A stretch of 64,000 nucleotides of DNA from Camelus dromedarius (taxonomy: Eukaryota): NCBI RefSeq assembly GCF_036321535.1, contig NC_087436.1:79920001-79984000 (forward strand), given 5' to 3'. Below the pieces are notes generated by a model. The model did not search any database, was not told the origin of the DNA, and saw nothing but the letters and a program-made list of their open reading frames with translations. The position numbers and the translations under genes are program-made. Positions 24,251 through 38,424 of the stretch are shown here, piece by piece; positions within the stretch are counted from its first letter, which is position 1, and every line of letters starts with the position of its first letter.

Positions 24251-25329
24251 TAAGTTCTGCAAAGCAGGTAAGTAGAAGCTGCCAATTCGTGTGGGCAGGG
24301 TGGTAGCAACAGGCCAGCTTTCTGTTTAGCATGGATGGTACTTGTCCTGCCACTCTCATCCCCAACACTCATGGACAATTCTAGAACTTGTATTCAACTG
24401 AAGGAAATCACACTGTCTCTGCCTCAGGACAGGATATAGTGACATCTGAGTAAAACCCAAAGGTGAGTGTTCATTCGGGAGCTGCTCCAGGCCTACCATC
24501 ACAAGGCTCAGTCATTAAAGCCATCCTAGGGTCCAATACTCTTCTGCTCCCAGAATAGCCCCGCAAGGCAGAAGCCACTGGCATGTGGCAGCTCAGATCA
24601 GTAACCCATCTTCAGGGGCAGGGGCGAGTCTCACTCAGAAATGTAAAGCCGACAAAGCTGGTTTTGACACCTGTCATGGTTCATCACTCTGTCTTTCCTT
24701 CTTTCTGTCCAGATCGCCTCTTCACTCCATAAATATCTGCTACAGGAAAAGAATATGGTATTGCTAAGTCTCATTCCCTTTAAGTCAATAAGGAAATTAA
24801 AGGCTTTTTAACATTTTAAAATCATTAAGGTATTAGCATGATAGAATTTTTTTTGATGGGAAAAATGGTTTCCTCCTCTGTCTATAATGTGTTCAGGATG
24901 GGTTGGGCCTCCTAGATCCACTCTGTACATGATACAGAATGGGCATTTCCCCCATTATATTCATTAACTTAGCACAGTCTTCTGAAATGTGACAATCCTC
25001 TCACAGAGTCCATTTCACCATTTGTCATTAATTTAGTACTGGAGCTGTTCGGGGTGGGGGGGATATTCAGTTTTTCATTCATTAATTAACCCATACAATC
25101 GATTTAGATTGCAAATCTACAACATTTGAGGTCCTGTGCTAGGTGCTAGACTAAAGATGAGAAATAAACAGTCTCTGCCTAGTTATCACAGGAAGATAAG
25201 TAATGATTATAGTCAAGTACTCTACAGAGGAATAATTTCAGTGAGGAGTGTTGGAATTATTATTTATAAATGAGAGTTTCACTATTCAACATATTTAGAT
25301 CATCTGATAGGAGGATGTTAGTTAAAAAG

Positions 25330-27660
25330 ACATTATTACAGTCTTTCTCTGAAGCCCTCAAAACCTCATAAATGTAGAAAGCTGGAATAAGCGTTACTCC
25401 AGCCCTTAAAATAAGAAAAAAGCCAGACAAGTGGCAAATTAACAGCTTTCTTGAAGCCATCTGAGAACTGAGGATTCAACAACTAAAGCTGCAATCTAGA
25501 GAGAAACAGGTACCTGTGGGTAGGAACAGGGCCTGAATATTTGCTCACCTGGGCAGATACCACTGGATTCATATAAGCTCTCTCTGGTGAAAAAAGTCTT
25601 AACCTTTAGAGGAGAGAGCAACAAAACTGTCACTACAGTAAAGTGGTTGAAACCCACTGCATCTGGAGTAAGCGAACAGGAGAAATAACAATGTTCCCAC
25701 TCTTTGGGAAAAGCAGGTACATGCTAAGCCTAGCACTAGAGGAGGAGCACTTAGAAAGACCCCAGATTCTGAGTATCTGCCTTGGACCCAAGTTTAATCA
25801 TGACATCAGAGAACAAGCACTTCCTGTCCCATACTTCCTACCATGACGCTAACAAATGCTGAGCAAAAATAGCAGTGAAATATTCCTGAAAGAGCTGCAA
25901 GAGGCAGGTTCTCTCCATTTTACAGATTTAGACAAATCAAACCCAAACAATCAGAATGAAGGAAACAATCAAATAACCGATTACGACGTTAAAGGCTCTA
26001 ATGGAAAAGTTAGACAACAGGTACTGAAAGAGAGGCAATCTCATCAGAGAGATGAAACTATAAGAAAGGATCAAATGGAAATATTAGAAATCAAAGGCAC
26101 AGGAACAGGGATGAAGAGTGCCTTCAACAGGCTTGTTGGGAGACTCAACATGGCTTAGAAAATAACCTGTAAACTTGAAGCTAGGTCAGTAAGATTACCC
26201 AAAGTGAAATGAAAACTGAAAAACCAAGCAGAGTATTCAAGAGATGTGGGACAATATCAAATAGTCTAACATACACATCATTGGTCTTCCAGGAGGAGAA
26301 GTGAAAGAGAGGATGAGGTGGAAGTAACATCTGAAAAAATAATGTATGAGAATTTTCCAAAATTGATGAGAGACTCACACAAAACAGATCCAAGCAGCAC
26401 AGAGAACAAGCAAGATAAATACCTAAACACACCAAGACATATATTCAGACAAAAATGCAAAAATATTTAAATTATAAATAAGAGAAGTCCAAACCAATAT
26501 TCCTCATGAACATAGATAAAAAATCCTCAACAAAATATTAGAAAATTGAATCAAGGGATATATTAAAAAGATAATACATCATAACTAAGTAGGGTTTATC
26601 CCAAGAATGCAAGGCTGGTTCAACATTTAAAAATCAAACAATACAATCCACTATATTAGTAGACTAATTAAGACAACCCTTATGATCATGACAATCCATG
26701 CATAAAAAGAATTTGACAAAATTCAAAATTCATTCTTGACCGAAAAAAAAATCCTTCTTAGTAAAGTAGGAATAAAAAAGGAACTTCCTTAACCTAATAA
26801 GAGACATCTAAAAAAAACCTTACAGCTAACATCATACCCAGTGATGAGAGGCTGAATATTTTCTCTCTAAGATGGGGAACAAGGCAAGATGTCCTCTCTC
26901 ACCACCCTGCTCAGCATTGTGCTGGAAGCCTTACCCGGTGCAATAAGGAAAAATAGGATTGGAAAGGATAGGAAGAAATGAACTGTTTCTATTTGCAGAC
27001 AACATAATTGTCTACTGTGAAAATCCCAAAGAATCTATAAAAACGCTTCTAGAAATACTAAGTGAGTTTAGCAAGAACATTGGCTACAAGGTCATTATTA
27101 AAAAGTCAACTGCATTCTTGTATACTAGCAATGACAAATTGAAATTTGAAATTGAAAATCAATACTATTTACAATAGAATCAAAACAATAAAGTAGCTAG
27201 GTATAAAGGAAATGAATGTGTGCAGTTTGTAGTTTCCATACGTTGAAACATACAAAACATAATGAAAGAAATAAAAGAAGAAATAACTAGAGAAATAAAA
27301 TGTGTCCATGGATTTTAAGACTCAATATTGTTTAGGCTGTAGACCTACAGATTCAATGCATTTCTAATCAAAATCTCAGCAAGCTCTTTCGTAGATATTG
27401 ACAAGCTGATTCTAGGATCTACCTGGAAAGGCAAAGGAACTAAAAGTGGCAAAATGACTCTGGAGAAGAAGAGCAAGTTGTTGAATTAATAGTATTATAC
27501 TTGTGTTACTTTCTTAGTTTTGATAAATGCATCATGGCTATGTAAAATGTAAACATCAGAAGAAAATGAGCGAAAAGGATAGGGGAACTCTATACCATCT
27601 TTGCAATTCTTCTAAAATCATAAAGCTAAAATCATTTGAAAATAAAAGTTTAAAAAAAAT
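25330..27660 (+). mobile_element. L1MD/MC-like element with 5' region, ORF1 part, internally deleted ORF2 and 3' end
   Basis: ORF1-like QMEILEIKGTGTGMKSAFNRLVGRL; RT ccaatattcctcatgaacataga, gggtttatcccaagaatgcaaggctggttcaaca and LFADNIIVY..NPKES. Confidence 0.9.
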
Positions 27661-29669
27661 TCAAGTCGATTTCCACTGCCCAAATTGGTGAATTCTTGGA
27701 AACCGAAATTGGTAATCCCAAACCTGATCTTCTGGTTAAGCCACAAAACTGCATTTTGCAGATGGGCATTTGCAGAGGGGCTGAGGCAACATCCTGTGTC
27801 TTGTCGACCGGTTTTCTCCGCTCTCCACCTCCGCATCAGCCCTGCGATGGCTCTGCTGAGGACACTGGCAGTCAGAAGAAGACAGCGCTTGTGCCATTGC
27901 TCATGCTTTCCATGTAAACAATTTTTCCCTCATCCTGTTTTCCTTAAAACTTTGACCTAATTTCTTTCACATGTTGAGCTAATTCTCATGACTGTTTAAA
28001 GGCAGCTAAAAATACCAGTAAGGTCTGCTGAATTCAGAAATGAAGACGCCATTCATTTAAGTGCTGCACACTTGAGTCATTATTTCTTTAAATGCATGAC
28101 ACAAAAATGTTCCTTTCTCTCTCCTACTGATAGTTTTACATTAAGACGTCATTAGAAAGCAGCATCTGGGCTACTCGTCAAACCACACAAGCTGAATTCA
28201 TTTTTTTTCCCCTTCACTAAATGGATTTTCGATTAGCAATAATAATAAGGAGCAATGTGTGGTGTTCAGGAGACGTAACTGGCTGCTTTCAAAGTAAATC
28301 TTGAAGTCCAAATGATCCAGTTGTTTCCGATACTTCACAAAGGCAACATATTTATTCCTCCAGAAAGTTAATGCATTTTCCGGTCCATTTCTCCATAATC
28401 TTGACCCTTGGGCATTTCTTCCTACACAGGAGCATTTGTTCCTGGAGAGGCTCCTCCCAGGCAGGCCCAGAGACACAGGAGGTAAGGAAGAAAATAAGAC
28501 AATATAGGTTTACTAAGTTGGAGATGCACCCTTGGTTTCTTCCTCCATGTTTTCTTCTACAGTCATCTTACCCATTCCATTTCTACTAACAGAGAAGCAA
28601 CAAGGCTGATGCTTTGGGCAGAAAGATTAAATGCATAGGAAAAGATCTTTATTTGCTAACAGAACCCATCAAAATAAATATGACTTCCAAATAATCTGAA
28701 GATCAAATAAGTTAGCTTTTGCCAAGTGCAAAGCAGGCAATTTCCTTGCTCAAAGTCTCTGGTCTCCCCTCTTTAATGATTTTTTTCTCATCTCCGTTTA
28801 GCATCCTTCTTGATTCCAGAGACAGCACTTTCTAGCTCTGTGCTCCCCATCAAAACGTACTTTCAGGCAAAATCTGCTATCATTCACTCACACTTTAGTA
28901 TGAATTGAAGTCAATAGGTCACCACCTTCAGAAATACCTGCATTTTGAAACTGAGTCCTAACTGAGGAATAAGTGATATTTTCCCAAGATTAAGAGAATT
29001 TTAGATATTGATGATCCTAAGAGAGAACTGAACAGGGGCTAGACAAAGAGGAACCATACTGCAGTCCCAGAAATCTGTCTGCCCCAAGGTTGGCATAAAT
29101 GAAAACACTTGAAGGTGTTTTTTAATACTTACTGTAGTTTCAGGTTAAATCATCAGGGCAAGTATTATTTTTCCTTCTCTCATTACTCACCTTGTTGTTA
29201 CTTTAATCTTGGTTCAGTTTGACAAATGAGGATTTTGCCAGGGGGTTAAAGAAGGAATGAGCTGAATTCCACCCATCTGATGTCCTCCCAGGTCTAACGT
29301 GCCATATGGTTTGGCGCAGTGGCACTTCCCTCCCTTCTAAAACACCCCTTTGCTTGTGTGGCATCCATCATTTTGCTTGTTGACTTAGTTTCATTTTCTG
29401 TTTTTCTGGCCTGCTCAACTGCCTGTAACAGCATTAAATTATTCTTGTGATCTCTCTGTTTCCCTGAGTTTGCAAACTGGAATTTATGGAAGTCTTTAAA
29501 CCTAAAGAGTTTTCTGATAATGGTAGATGCCAAGAAAGTGATAAAGGTCAATGGAAAATTGTACACCTTTAGGAGGCAACACCCTTCAGACATGCTATAC
29601 TCTCCTTTTTCACGTGAGAAGGAAATATTACTATCTGTAGAGACGTCCATACAGAAATTTAGAAATAAA

Positions 29670-29825
29670 GTGGACCTTACAGATTGTCTGCCCAATCTCA
29701 TTTTACAGCTATGGACACTGGAGCTGTGAAAGGGTAAATTACAGGGTTATTCAGGGCCAGAACTGAAACTTGTACTTGGCACCCCCAGCTCAATTCACTG
29801 TGTGTCCACTACATTGTGCTGACTC
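29670..29825 (-). mobile_element. MIR SINE
   Basis: cccaatctcattttacagctatggacactggagct. Confidence 0.65.
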
Positions 29826-29844
29826 TTTTCATGATATATTCTTT

Positions 29845-30039
29845 TTTATTATTATTATTATTGAAGTATAGTCAGTTTACAATGTTGTGTACAGCTGGTG
29901 TATAACTAGTGTTTCCATCACACATATATATACGTATTTGTTTTCATATTCTTTTTCATTATAGGTTGCTATAAGATATTGAATATAGTTCCCTGTGCTA
30001 TATAGCAGAAACTTGTTGTTTACCTATTTTATATATTTA
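29845..30039 (-). mobile_element. Short camelid-type L1 3' end with TSD
   Basis: ttgaagtatagtcagtttacaatgttgtg...gaatatagttccctgtgctata; TSD-like atgata(t/c)att on both sides. Confidence 0.85.
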
Positions 30040-32639
30040 ATGATACATTTTTAATGATGAAAAAATGTGGAGAAAATGGAATAGCCACCAAGTCAGGAAA
30101 AAATACACAGAATATTTTCTCACTTCCTTTTTAAAACCAAAGTCTTTGGAGAATTTGTCTAGCACTAAAATGACCACCTGATCATGACAATCACGATGTG
30201 ATTGTGGAGGAGGCATTTTATTTCTCCATCTCTCCCACACCTGTGTACAAACAGTCCCCAAGCCCTATCACCAGTCCCTTTGTGGTATCCCCGTCACCGT
30301 CCCTCTCACTCATACTGCCACTCTTGTAGCTCTGAATGTTATAAAGTCACACCAAGACTTTTGGAGTAGATTTTTTAACTGTTAGTCTTTGGTTAGAGTT
30401 CCTCCCTCCTTCTCCTTGCACAATGATGAAAAGAGCCTCTAAGTTAATCTTCCTGAAATATCACCTTTTACGTAACGTTATCATCAATATCATCAATGGA
30501 ATCTCTGACTTCTACTTCTTCTGACTTGTTATTCTGCGATGACAAGGCTATGATTCCTCACTGTTTTCCTGTTTGGGGTTGTTTGTTTGTTTTGCCTGTG
30601 CTTAGCCAGCCCAGCTAACTTTGCTCTAGGGCAGTGTAACTTTAGGAGTTGGGTGGTACAGAAGAATGACTAAGGACTTCAGGGACTTTAACAAACTAAA
30701 GGAACCCCCATTTTACTTCTGTTTAAACTACTTTCTCTTATATTCACGTTTCCCCAGTGAAAAAGGTCAGACAGCGCCACGTCGCTCACTAGTGTTTTCA
30801 TTCCATCCCTTCCGTCTTGACGTTGTCGTGAGAATGAATGACCTGAACTTGCCATGCAAGTGGCCATGTGGTCCTGCTGTGCAGCTGCCCAGCAAGGCTC
30901 CTGGGGGTTTCCATGCATTGGCCTAGGTTATGACTGTGTCCTTTCAGGAAAAAAAAAAAATCCTTATATCTAGTAGTGAGGTAACATTAAGGATCTGCCT
31001 TTCAATTTAGTGAACATCATTGACATCTTGGCAAACACTACATTCCAGCCTTTATCATGTTGATCCACATCAGAGAAAGTGAGGCCAGGAAGCTTTACAT
31101 AGTTCTAAACACCAATGTTTGTCACTCACACTGTGAGCTATTCCTCCATATTCAATCTGTATGTCTTATCCTTATTTCATAAATCATGTTCTCTGAGAAA
31201 AAAACCTTGATTGTTACCACAAAAAGATCCTGCCCTGCTTTAGTCTTAAGTTGAAAATTATCTTCAAAGACCAGTCACTTAGGTATTTTGAGGGAGCCTT
31301 TTTTCTCCTGAAATTAGTAGAATACATAAGCAAATGAAACAACGTGTATAAAGACAGTTTTCAAATATGCAAATTTCTAAGTAAATATATAAAATGGTTT
31401 CCATATGTATTAGCAGCATTATTCAATTCAGCGCCTTTGAATGAGTTTGATGTACCACAGGGCCCTAGGTAAGACGTCCCAGATACAAAGAAGAAGTCTC
31501 AACCCTCATCATCCAGGGTCTCATTACCCAGTAGAAGAGACTGCTGTGTAAAGAACCCACTATAATTAGATGTGACGAGTGCTATGTGGGTATATGAATA
31601 AATTGTCACATACATTCTCTCACACCAGTTATAGGCTCCCAACCTACATATTTTTTGAAACTTTGTAAACATGCCCCCTCATAAAGTGCACTTTGTCCAC
31701 TTGATCTGTTGATAGTAGCTCTTGAAGAGTTGGTTGAGAGAGGATTCAAAACTATTTCCAAGCTCAGCAGAAAAAAAAAAGTTTTTGATTAATTACTGAT
31801 GGCAGCCATCAGCCTAGGAATAGGAACAGGGTGCTAGCCACCTCCAGTCTATAACATGCAACTACCATGTCAAACTTTCCCCACCCTATCATAGATTCCA
31901 AGATGTCATGATCACTTTTGCCCCGATTCTCATCATTTAAACTTCACTAAATGCCCTTTACTGGGAGCAATTAAGTAGAGAATAGTAGACCCTTCATCAC
32001 GTCTTTTACTAACTGAGGGATGAAACTGTTAGCAAGGTAAGTCAAGAATTGCCTGATACTCTGCTTTCAGGAAATGAGACTTCCAGCTGAGACTTGGTCC
32101 TGTCCCTGCTGCATTTGCCTCTCTGCCAGTACTATGACCTGCATCGGAATGTCCTGACCAGCAAATAAAGGGAACAGTTTCTCTAATCTTAAAATAGTTA
32201 GAATTGTCAAACAGTGGTCAAAGAAATCACAAAAGAAAACTTCAAAAGATTCAGATCAATAAATATTTTAAATGCATTTAAATATGTCAAAATCCAACAA
32301 AAGGCAAACAACTTGATGGACAAGGAAGAATATTTTCTAACATACGACAAAGAATTGATGCATGTAACTGGTATGAACTCATCTACCAGGTTGGAGGATA
32401 ATTTAGAAATGGTTTAAAGCTACAGAGCTAAACTGGCTAAAGTCCAATATCATTTGTAGTCATGCCCTCTTCCCCAAATTATCTGTGAACAAAAGAGGTT
32501 CCTTTAGTTTAAAGGGCTAGACCTCTCTGCTAGCGACTTACAGGCGAAAATAATGGAGAAGCCCATCATTGTGGCAGCACTGTTGACAACAGGTCCTTTG
32601 CATTCTGGTGTATCTGCTGCTACGATCCCAGCACCATAC

Positions 32640-32900
32640 TGAGTGTTTTATTATTTATAAGCAATTCTAAAGCAACTAGCATGTGCCAAGAAGCCTTCTA
32701 AGCACTTTACAAATATTAATTTATTTGTAACAACTCTCTGTGGTAGCTATTATTACAAGCTCCCTTTTACATGTGAGAAAACAGAGGCAAAGAGAGGTTA
32801 AGTACCTTGTCCCAAGTCACACAGCTAGTTAAGTGGGAGATCTGCACGTGAATTCAGGCAGCTTGGTTCCAAAGTCTATGCTCTTAACCTTGCTATGAAA
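32640..32900 (-). mobile_element. MIR SINE
   Basis: ttttacatgtgagaaaacagaggcaaagagaggttaagtaccttgtcccaagtcacacagctagt. Confidence 0.9.
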
Positions 32901-33173
32901 GGGACTAACTCACTCCTCAGAATCGCCCTTTGCCAAAGAAGCACATGCTGGACTCCCAGAGAGCTTACTCTTCCATCTTTGTGTAAAGTCCCATCCACTT
33001 GCTCTTGGTTTTATTTGACTTTACTGAGTAGTATCTAAGAATCCACGCAGGAACACACAACAGATAGAAAGGACGCTTGGCGCTCTGGGACCAAAGAGCT
33101 CATTCTTCGGGAGAATAAAAAAGGGAGAAAGTACCGATAATTCTGAAAGAGGGAAAAAATAGATAACCAATAG

Positions 33174-33553
33174 CGTTGTTCCAGAATGAACTGCATCCTC
33201 CCAAAATTCATATGTTAAAGTCCTAACCCCCGATATGACTGTATTTGGAGACAGGGACTTTAAAGAGGCAATTAGATTAACTGAGGCATAATAGTGAGGC
33301 CCTAATTTGATGGGACTAGTGTCCTTTATAAGAAGAGGAAGAGACACCGGGGATGCACATGCACCGAGAAAAGTCACGTGAGGACACAGCAAGAAGATGA
33401 CCACAGACAAGCCAAGGAGAGAAGACCCAGGAGAAACCCACGCTGCCAGCATCTTGTTCCTGGACTGCCAGCCTCCAGAACTGTGGGAAATACATTTCTG
33501 TTGTTCAAGCCCCCCAGTCTGGGGTATTTTGGCAGCCCTAGCAGACAACTACA
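33174..33553 (+). mobile_element. MLT1A/B MaLR solo LTR
   Basis: cccaaaattcatatgttaaagtcctaacccc...cagcctccagaactgtgggaaatacatttctgttgttcaagcc...gcagccctagcagac. Confidence 0.9.
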
Positions 33554-33599
33554 ACATCAATGAGAAGATCCAATTAACTTTACAGACGGCGTACTGAAA

Positions 33600-35200
33600 T
33601 CAAGAACAAAACAAGAAAATACAGATAATCTGAAGCTAATAAATTTTAAAATTTCAATAAAAGCACAATTTTTTGGGAGTAGGAAAAGTTGTGTAAATCA
33701 TCTCAATAGTGATACAGTATTCAGGAAAGAGATCAGGAAAGCATTCATCCCTGATACAATTTCTTAGTAAAGAATAAATTAGAATATACTTCCTCAACAT
33801 GGAAAAAAATGATCCAGAACCAACCACCAATATTATGCTCATTAGCATAACTGCAGCCCAGGGGACAGGTCCAAGCTTTGCTGCCCAAGGGCCAGAAACA
33901 ACCTACAAATAAGTTTGTCAGGCTGCTTCATTGTTTTGTTTTTAACTTGCCCATGTTGCCAGCATTTAAAAGTCATATTTTAAATAAACTTCCAGATATT
34001 TGGCTTCTGGCAAATTAGGCTGACATGACAACAATTAACTGCAGCTAAATAGTAGGTTCCCACTGCAAACCAGCTATGTGCGCTCAGGTTTGCCAGCTCC
34101 CAGTGCTCTCTACTGCTTCCTCAGCACTGAGAACAGGTGACGTTGACTGTTTCCCACCGCTGTGCGCTGTTGTCTTCTTACCTTGGCCGGTGTCACCTGT
34201 TTGTTTCCTGCCAGGCTTTTGTAGGCATTTGAGTTCACATCACTTCTCTAAAGGCAGTCCCACCAAAGTCAGGAAATTCAGATGTCCATGATCACCAGTA
34301 TATTCAACGTTATTCTGAAAGTTTAACCAAGACATGAAAACAAAACCAAAGGCATAAATATTTGAAAGAAGAAGACACATTTGTAACCATTTGGAAATTA
34401 TATAATCATTTGTCTGGCCAACCTAACTTGAGTACTATTAGAAATAAAAATGTTCAACAAGATGGTATATTGCAAAAGAAATATACATATAGCAATAGCT
34501 TTCCCAGTTAATACTAACAATCAGAGAATACCATGAATTTTAAAAATTGCATTCACAATGATAAAACACTAGCTATATAAGAATTAATCCAATGGGAAAT
34601 ATTTTGTACGTGTATGAATAAAACTATAAAATTTAAAGTCTAAGCATATGTAAGAATTTAGGACATAACAATAATGACATTTTAAGCCAAGGGAAAAAAG
34701 TTTGGATTATTCCATAAATCATGATAGGCTAATGAACTAAGTCTAACTACAGAAAAAAAAAAGTTCTAGCTACAACGTAAGCACATGTAAATAAAAAACC
34801 ATAACAATCAAGGGAGAAAATAAAAGTTAATGTTATATTTATTTTCAGAGAATAAACTTCTGAGCAATGTGAAAATAGGGAAATAATAAACAAAATATAT
34901 TGATAATGTAGATATGGAAAGAAAATTCAAATCTTCTATACATTAGAAAGACAACATAAGTAAAATACCAATGTGAAGAACAAACTAAAAACAAAATTTG
35001 CATCATACCATAACCAAAGGTGCATATTTTTATTATATAAAGAGTATTTGCAAAATGATAATAAAAGGTAAACACACTAATAAAAATAGCTAAGGCATAA
35101 ATAATAATGTGTAATAAAAGAAAAAGAAATGGTAAACAATATATCTTTAATATTTAACTTCACTGGAATACAACAAAAATCCATTAGTCACAATTTTTGT
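33600..35200 (+). mobile_element. Old L1 ORF2 remnants interrupted by MER102
   Basis: atcatctcaatagtgatacag, agaatatacttcctcaacatg; A-rich degenerate ORF2. Confidence 0.65.
33858..34248. mobile_element. MER102-family hAT-Charlie element
   Basis: gttgccagcatttaaaa...ccagatatttggcttct and terminal tgtaggcatttgagtt match the MER102 layout. Confidence 0.75.
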
Positions 35201-35339
35201 TGTGAATATTGTTATATATAATATCAACATTATTTTATTATGGCTATATAAGTATCATTCATTCTAGAGCCATCTAGTGTTTTCTGATTACATTTCCTTT
35301 CTTACATATATTTCTATTTTCCTGAAGTTAATAATTGCT

Positions 35340-36490
35340 TACTAATTAGATGTTTGCTCTCTTGAATGGTTCCTAATTTTATCTATTCTCTTCTACTTTT
35401 CTATTTTTATCTATCTGGTTTTTTTTTTCTCCTTTTTTGAGTCTTAATTCTAACTTTCAATCCTTTCCCAAATGTGTTGTTTTGGCCATACCCAGTATTA
35501 TTTCTTGGAGCTATTCCTTATTCTATGAATGTTTATTTTTACCTCTCTTGTTGGCTCATATAATATATTCTCTCATCTCTTGGAAAATAATATCAATACT
35601 TTTCTTTTATGTTTTCTTCTACTTTCTGTATTGTTTTCAAATCTCCTGACTCCCTTTTTCTGTTTGCCGGTTTCCGTCTCTGGCTTTTGTGTTGGAGCCT
35701 TTTCTCACATGTCCCGAGATCCCTGTCTATTTGTTCATACTGTTTAAAGAAGAACTAAAAAGCTGATCGGACACCCTGGGGCATGATGAAGTCTGTCAAA
35801 TGGTGGTTAGGGAGGTAGAAACTTGGCTCTTTTGCTAGGGCACTCGAAATGGTCAGTGTAGGTCTTTTTTTGAGTCATTAAATTTCTTCAGATACTAACC
35901 CTTCAATCTCCTGCATGGTTGCCAATGTTCTGGGAGTCGAGGAAAAAGGATCTGAGTCAGAAGTATTTTCCCAGCAGATCTCCTTGGTTTCAGCACTGTG
36001 CCTCACCCCTGCCTGCTCAGGGTCTGGGTCCAGGGCCTCTTGAATTCAATTTTCCAGAGTTAAACCCCTGGCTATCTGGTCCCCTGGGAGTGAGTGTTGA
36101 GTGTCTACCATAGATATGATGGGGTGACCTGAGCTTCTCATAGCTCCTTGTAAAAACTTGCAACCGGCACTCATGTTTTCAGTCTTCCCATGCACCCCCT
36201 TCAGAAATCACTAGTGTCTCTAAATCCTGAGACTTTCAGGAGTTCTGTGGATAGATGGATTGAGATTTTGTCTTCCTCTGCTCTGCCAGGTCAATTATCA
36301 TTTGTCCATTAGCTGTTCCACTGCTTGAGTTTTGTTGGCATCTCTTACTTGCTGTCCTTTCCAAGTCTGTTGTTTTTTAGTTCTTTTGAGTTTGTGCCTC
36401 TTCTGTTCTTCATTATTATTGTAGTAGGAGTTCAGAGGACATGGAGACAAACTCTTGGATTCAGTTTGACATGTTTAACTGGAAGTTAAA
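35340..36490 (-). mobile_element. Old L1/HAL1 5' region and ORF1, antisense
   Basis: T-rich degenerate ORF1 pattern followed by an L1ME-type 5' region. Confidence 0.55.
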
Positions 36491-37397
36491 GTTATAACTG
36501 AAAAAAGAGCAGTTAAATCATAGGACATATTCATAGCATTTTACAGTTGAAAGTAGAGCTTAAATATCATCTATGTCAAAGTATTGCTTTAAATATGGGT
36601 GGGGGAAGGTACAGAGAATATAAATGAATTACGGGGGAATATAGGTTATTAGAAGCAAAGTCAGAACTCCCTTAAGGTACACCTGTGGCAAATGTCTTTC
36701 GGTTGTGTCTTAAAGAACCACCAAGGAACTGCTACTGACTGAGAACTGCCTTCATCCACAATGTGCAGGACTAGGCTCTTGATATCTCTGTTTCCTGTCC
36801 ATGGGCCCGATCCCTTGGTCATAACTATTGAAACAAAGAAGGTTATCAGATCCAGTCTTCACCCAAAATTCTCTCCCAAATGAATTTGGATTTAAGACCC
36901 AGAGATACTACCTACTCCCCACTCCGAGATGGTCTTTTAGGTGAGGAGCAGGAAGCTCAGATGTGAAGGGTCAGCCACCTTCTGGACACCATGTTTGTAA
37001 GTGGCATTATTTTATTAACCCTGCATATCCTAAGTAGGAAAGACAATAAAGGAGGGTGTGTGTGTGAATCATCTCCTACCATTCACCCTTTAGACTTGGC
37101 TCATTTGTCATTAAGTAGTAAGTTTGCCACTCTCACTTCTATTTACTTCAAGAAAGTCTTATGACAAATGGCTTCAACACTGATAGAGACAACAGATAAG
37201 ATCTATGTTTCTCAGGTGGACTCAGCTTCGAGTTGCATCCTAAGATGACTCCAACACCTGAAGATGACAACTCTTCCACTTTTATGCTGGTGTGGCTTTG
37301 AGTAATTGCTGAAGGACACGAAGGGTTACAAGGGAAGTTGACATGGCTAAGGACAGAGAGAGAAAATGAGAGAGAGGGAGAGAGGAAGTGGGGGGGG

Positions 37398-37442
37398 GTG
37401 CGCGCACGCGCGCGTGTGTGTGCGCGCGTGCGCACGCATACA
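37398..37442. repeat. Alternating purine-pyrimidine (CG/TG/CA) tract, Z-DNA-prone
   Basis: gtgcgcgcacgcgcgcgtgtgtgtgcgcgcgtgcgcacgcataca. Confidence 0.9.
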
Positions 37443-37539
37443 GGAACGTATGTGAAAATAAGGAAATAAGCTACAAACATGCCTATATAGTTGTGTTTGG
37501 AGGATGATTGATGAAGATATGTCTATGACATGTACTTTT

Positions 37540-38030
37540 TTAAGGGAAGGAACAACAAAAACAAAAAATACCCAGTGCAGCCAGCCCCCTACTGCTGTCC
37601 TTTCCCCAACTCTTTCTGGAGTGGATATATGGCTTCAGTTCCTTTAAAGTGTCAGCTGGTGACTGCTGGGGCTCTCTGTAACTCTCCAGGACTCTTTGGT
37701 TTCTATGAGCATTAAAAACTTTCCCAGTGACTTAAAGAAACCACACACATACACGCACTGGAAGCTCATCGCAAGAGCGGTTCCTCCGCATTGGTTCTTT
37801 CTCTTGTTTTGGAAGCTGGTTGTTTTCTTCTCCCAAGACTTTCATCCTTTCACTTTGTGAATCTGGTTGAAGAGGAGGTCATGACAGAAGTGAGAAAGGC
37901 TGCGAATGAAGGAAACAAGAGAGGAGGAAAGGAGAGTTTTCCAATCCTGACTTAATGGTTTACTCTGGATAGGACGGTTATCCCTGTGTCCTCTGTACCT
38001 TTTTCCTAAGCAGGTAGAAGCAGGTAAACT
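37540..38030 (+). promoter_or_regulatory. Putative promoter / non-coding first exon
   Basis: Repeat-free unique sequence next to a CpG-retaining tract, inverted CCAAT (attgg) at ~37790, donor-like CAG|gtaaac at 38023. Confidence 0.3.
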
Positions 38031-38424
38031 TGCCCTTTTGAAAGATCTAGGTCACATTTCTATGACTTCAAGTCATTATGGACCAAGAAAAAATGGAGTG
38101 GAATTCATAAAAATTAAGCAGAACAAAATAAATGTAACACACTCATTTTAGTACTTTCTGATTCTCAAAACAGAAATGATGAATCTGTGTGGCCATGTAT
38201 GGGCTAGGCACTGTGAAGTTATTTCCAAATCCATGTTCTCATTTCCATGTACTTCTGTGAAAGCCATCCTTGTACTTACTCTAGCTCCCAAGAACTGACC
38301 ACTCCCTCCCTTGTCCACCCATGGTCCTGTGCATTTATCTTGGAGTCACAGAACACTGCATTTATTTGCATACGTGCCCATGTCACTGCCACTCCCAGCA
38401 GACCATAAGCCTCTTTTCTGGTCC

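Noticed and set aside
25856..27177. ORFs resembling L1 ORF1p and reverse transcriptase
   Set aside because: Fragments of a dead L1 with stops and deletions, not a host gene
33021..33548. 175-aa minus-strand ORF
   Set aside because: Mostly the antisense reading of an MLT1A/B LTR, a common spurious ORF
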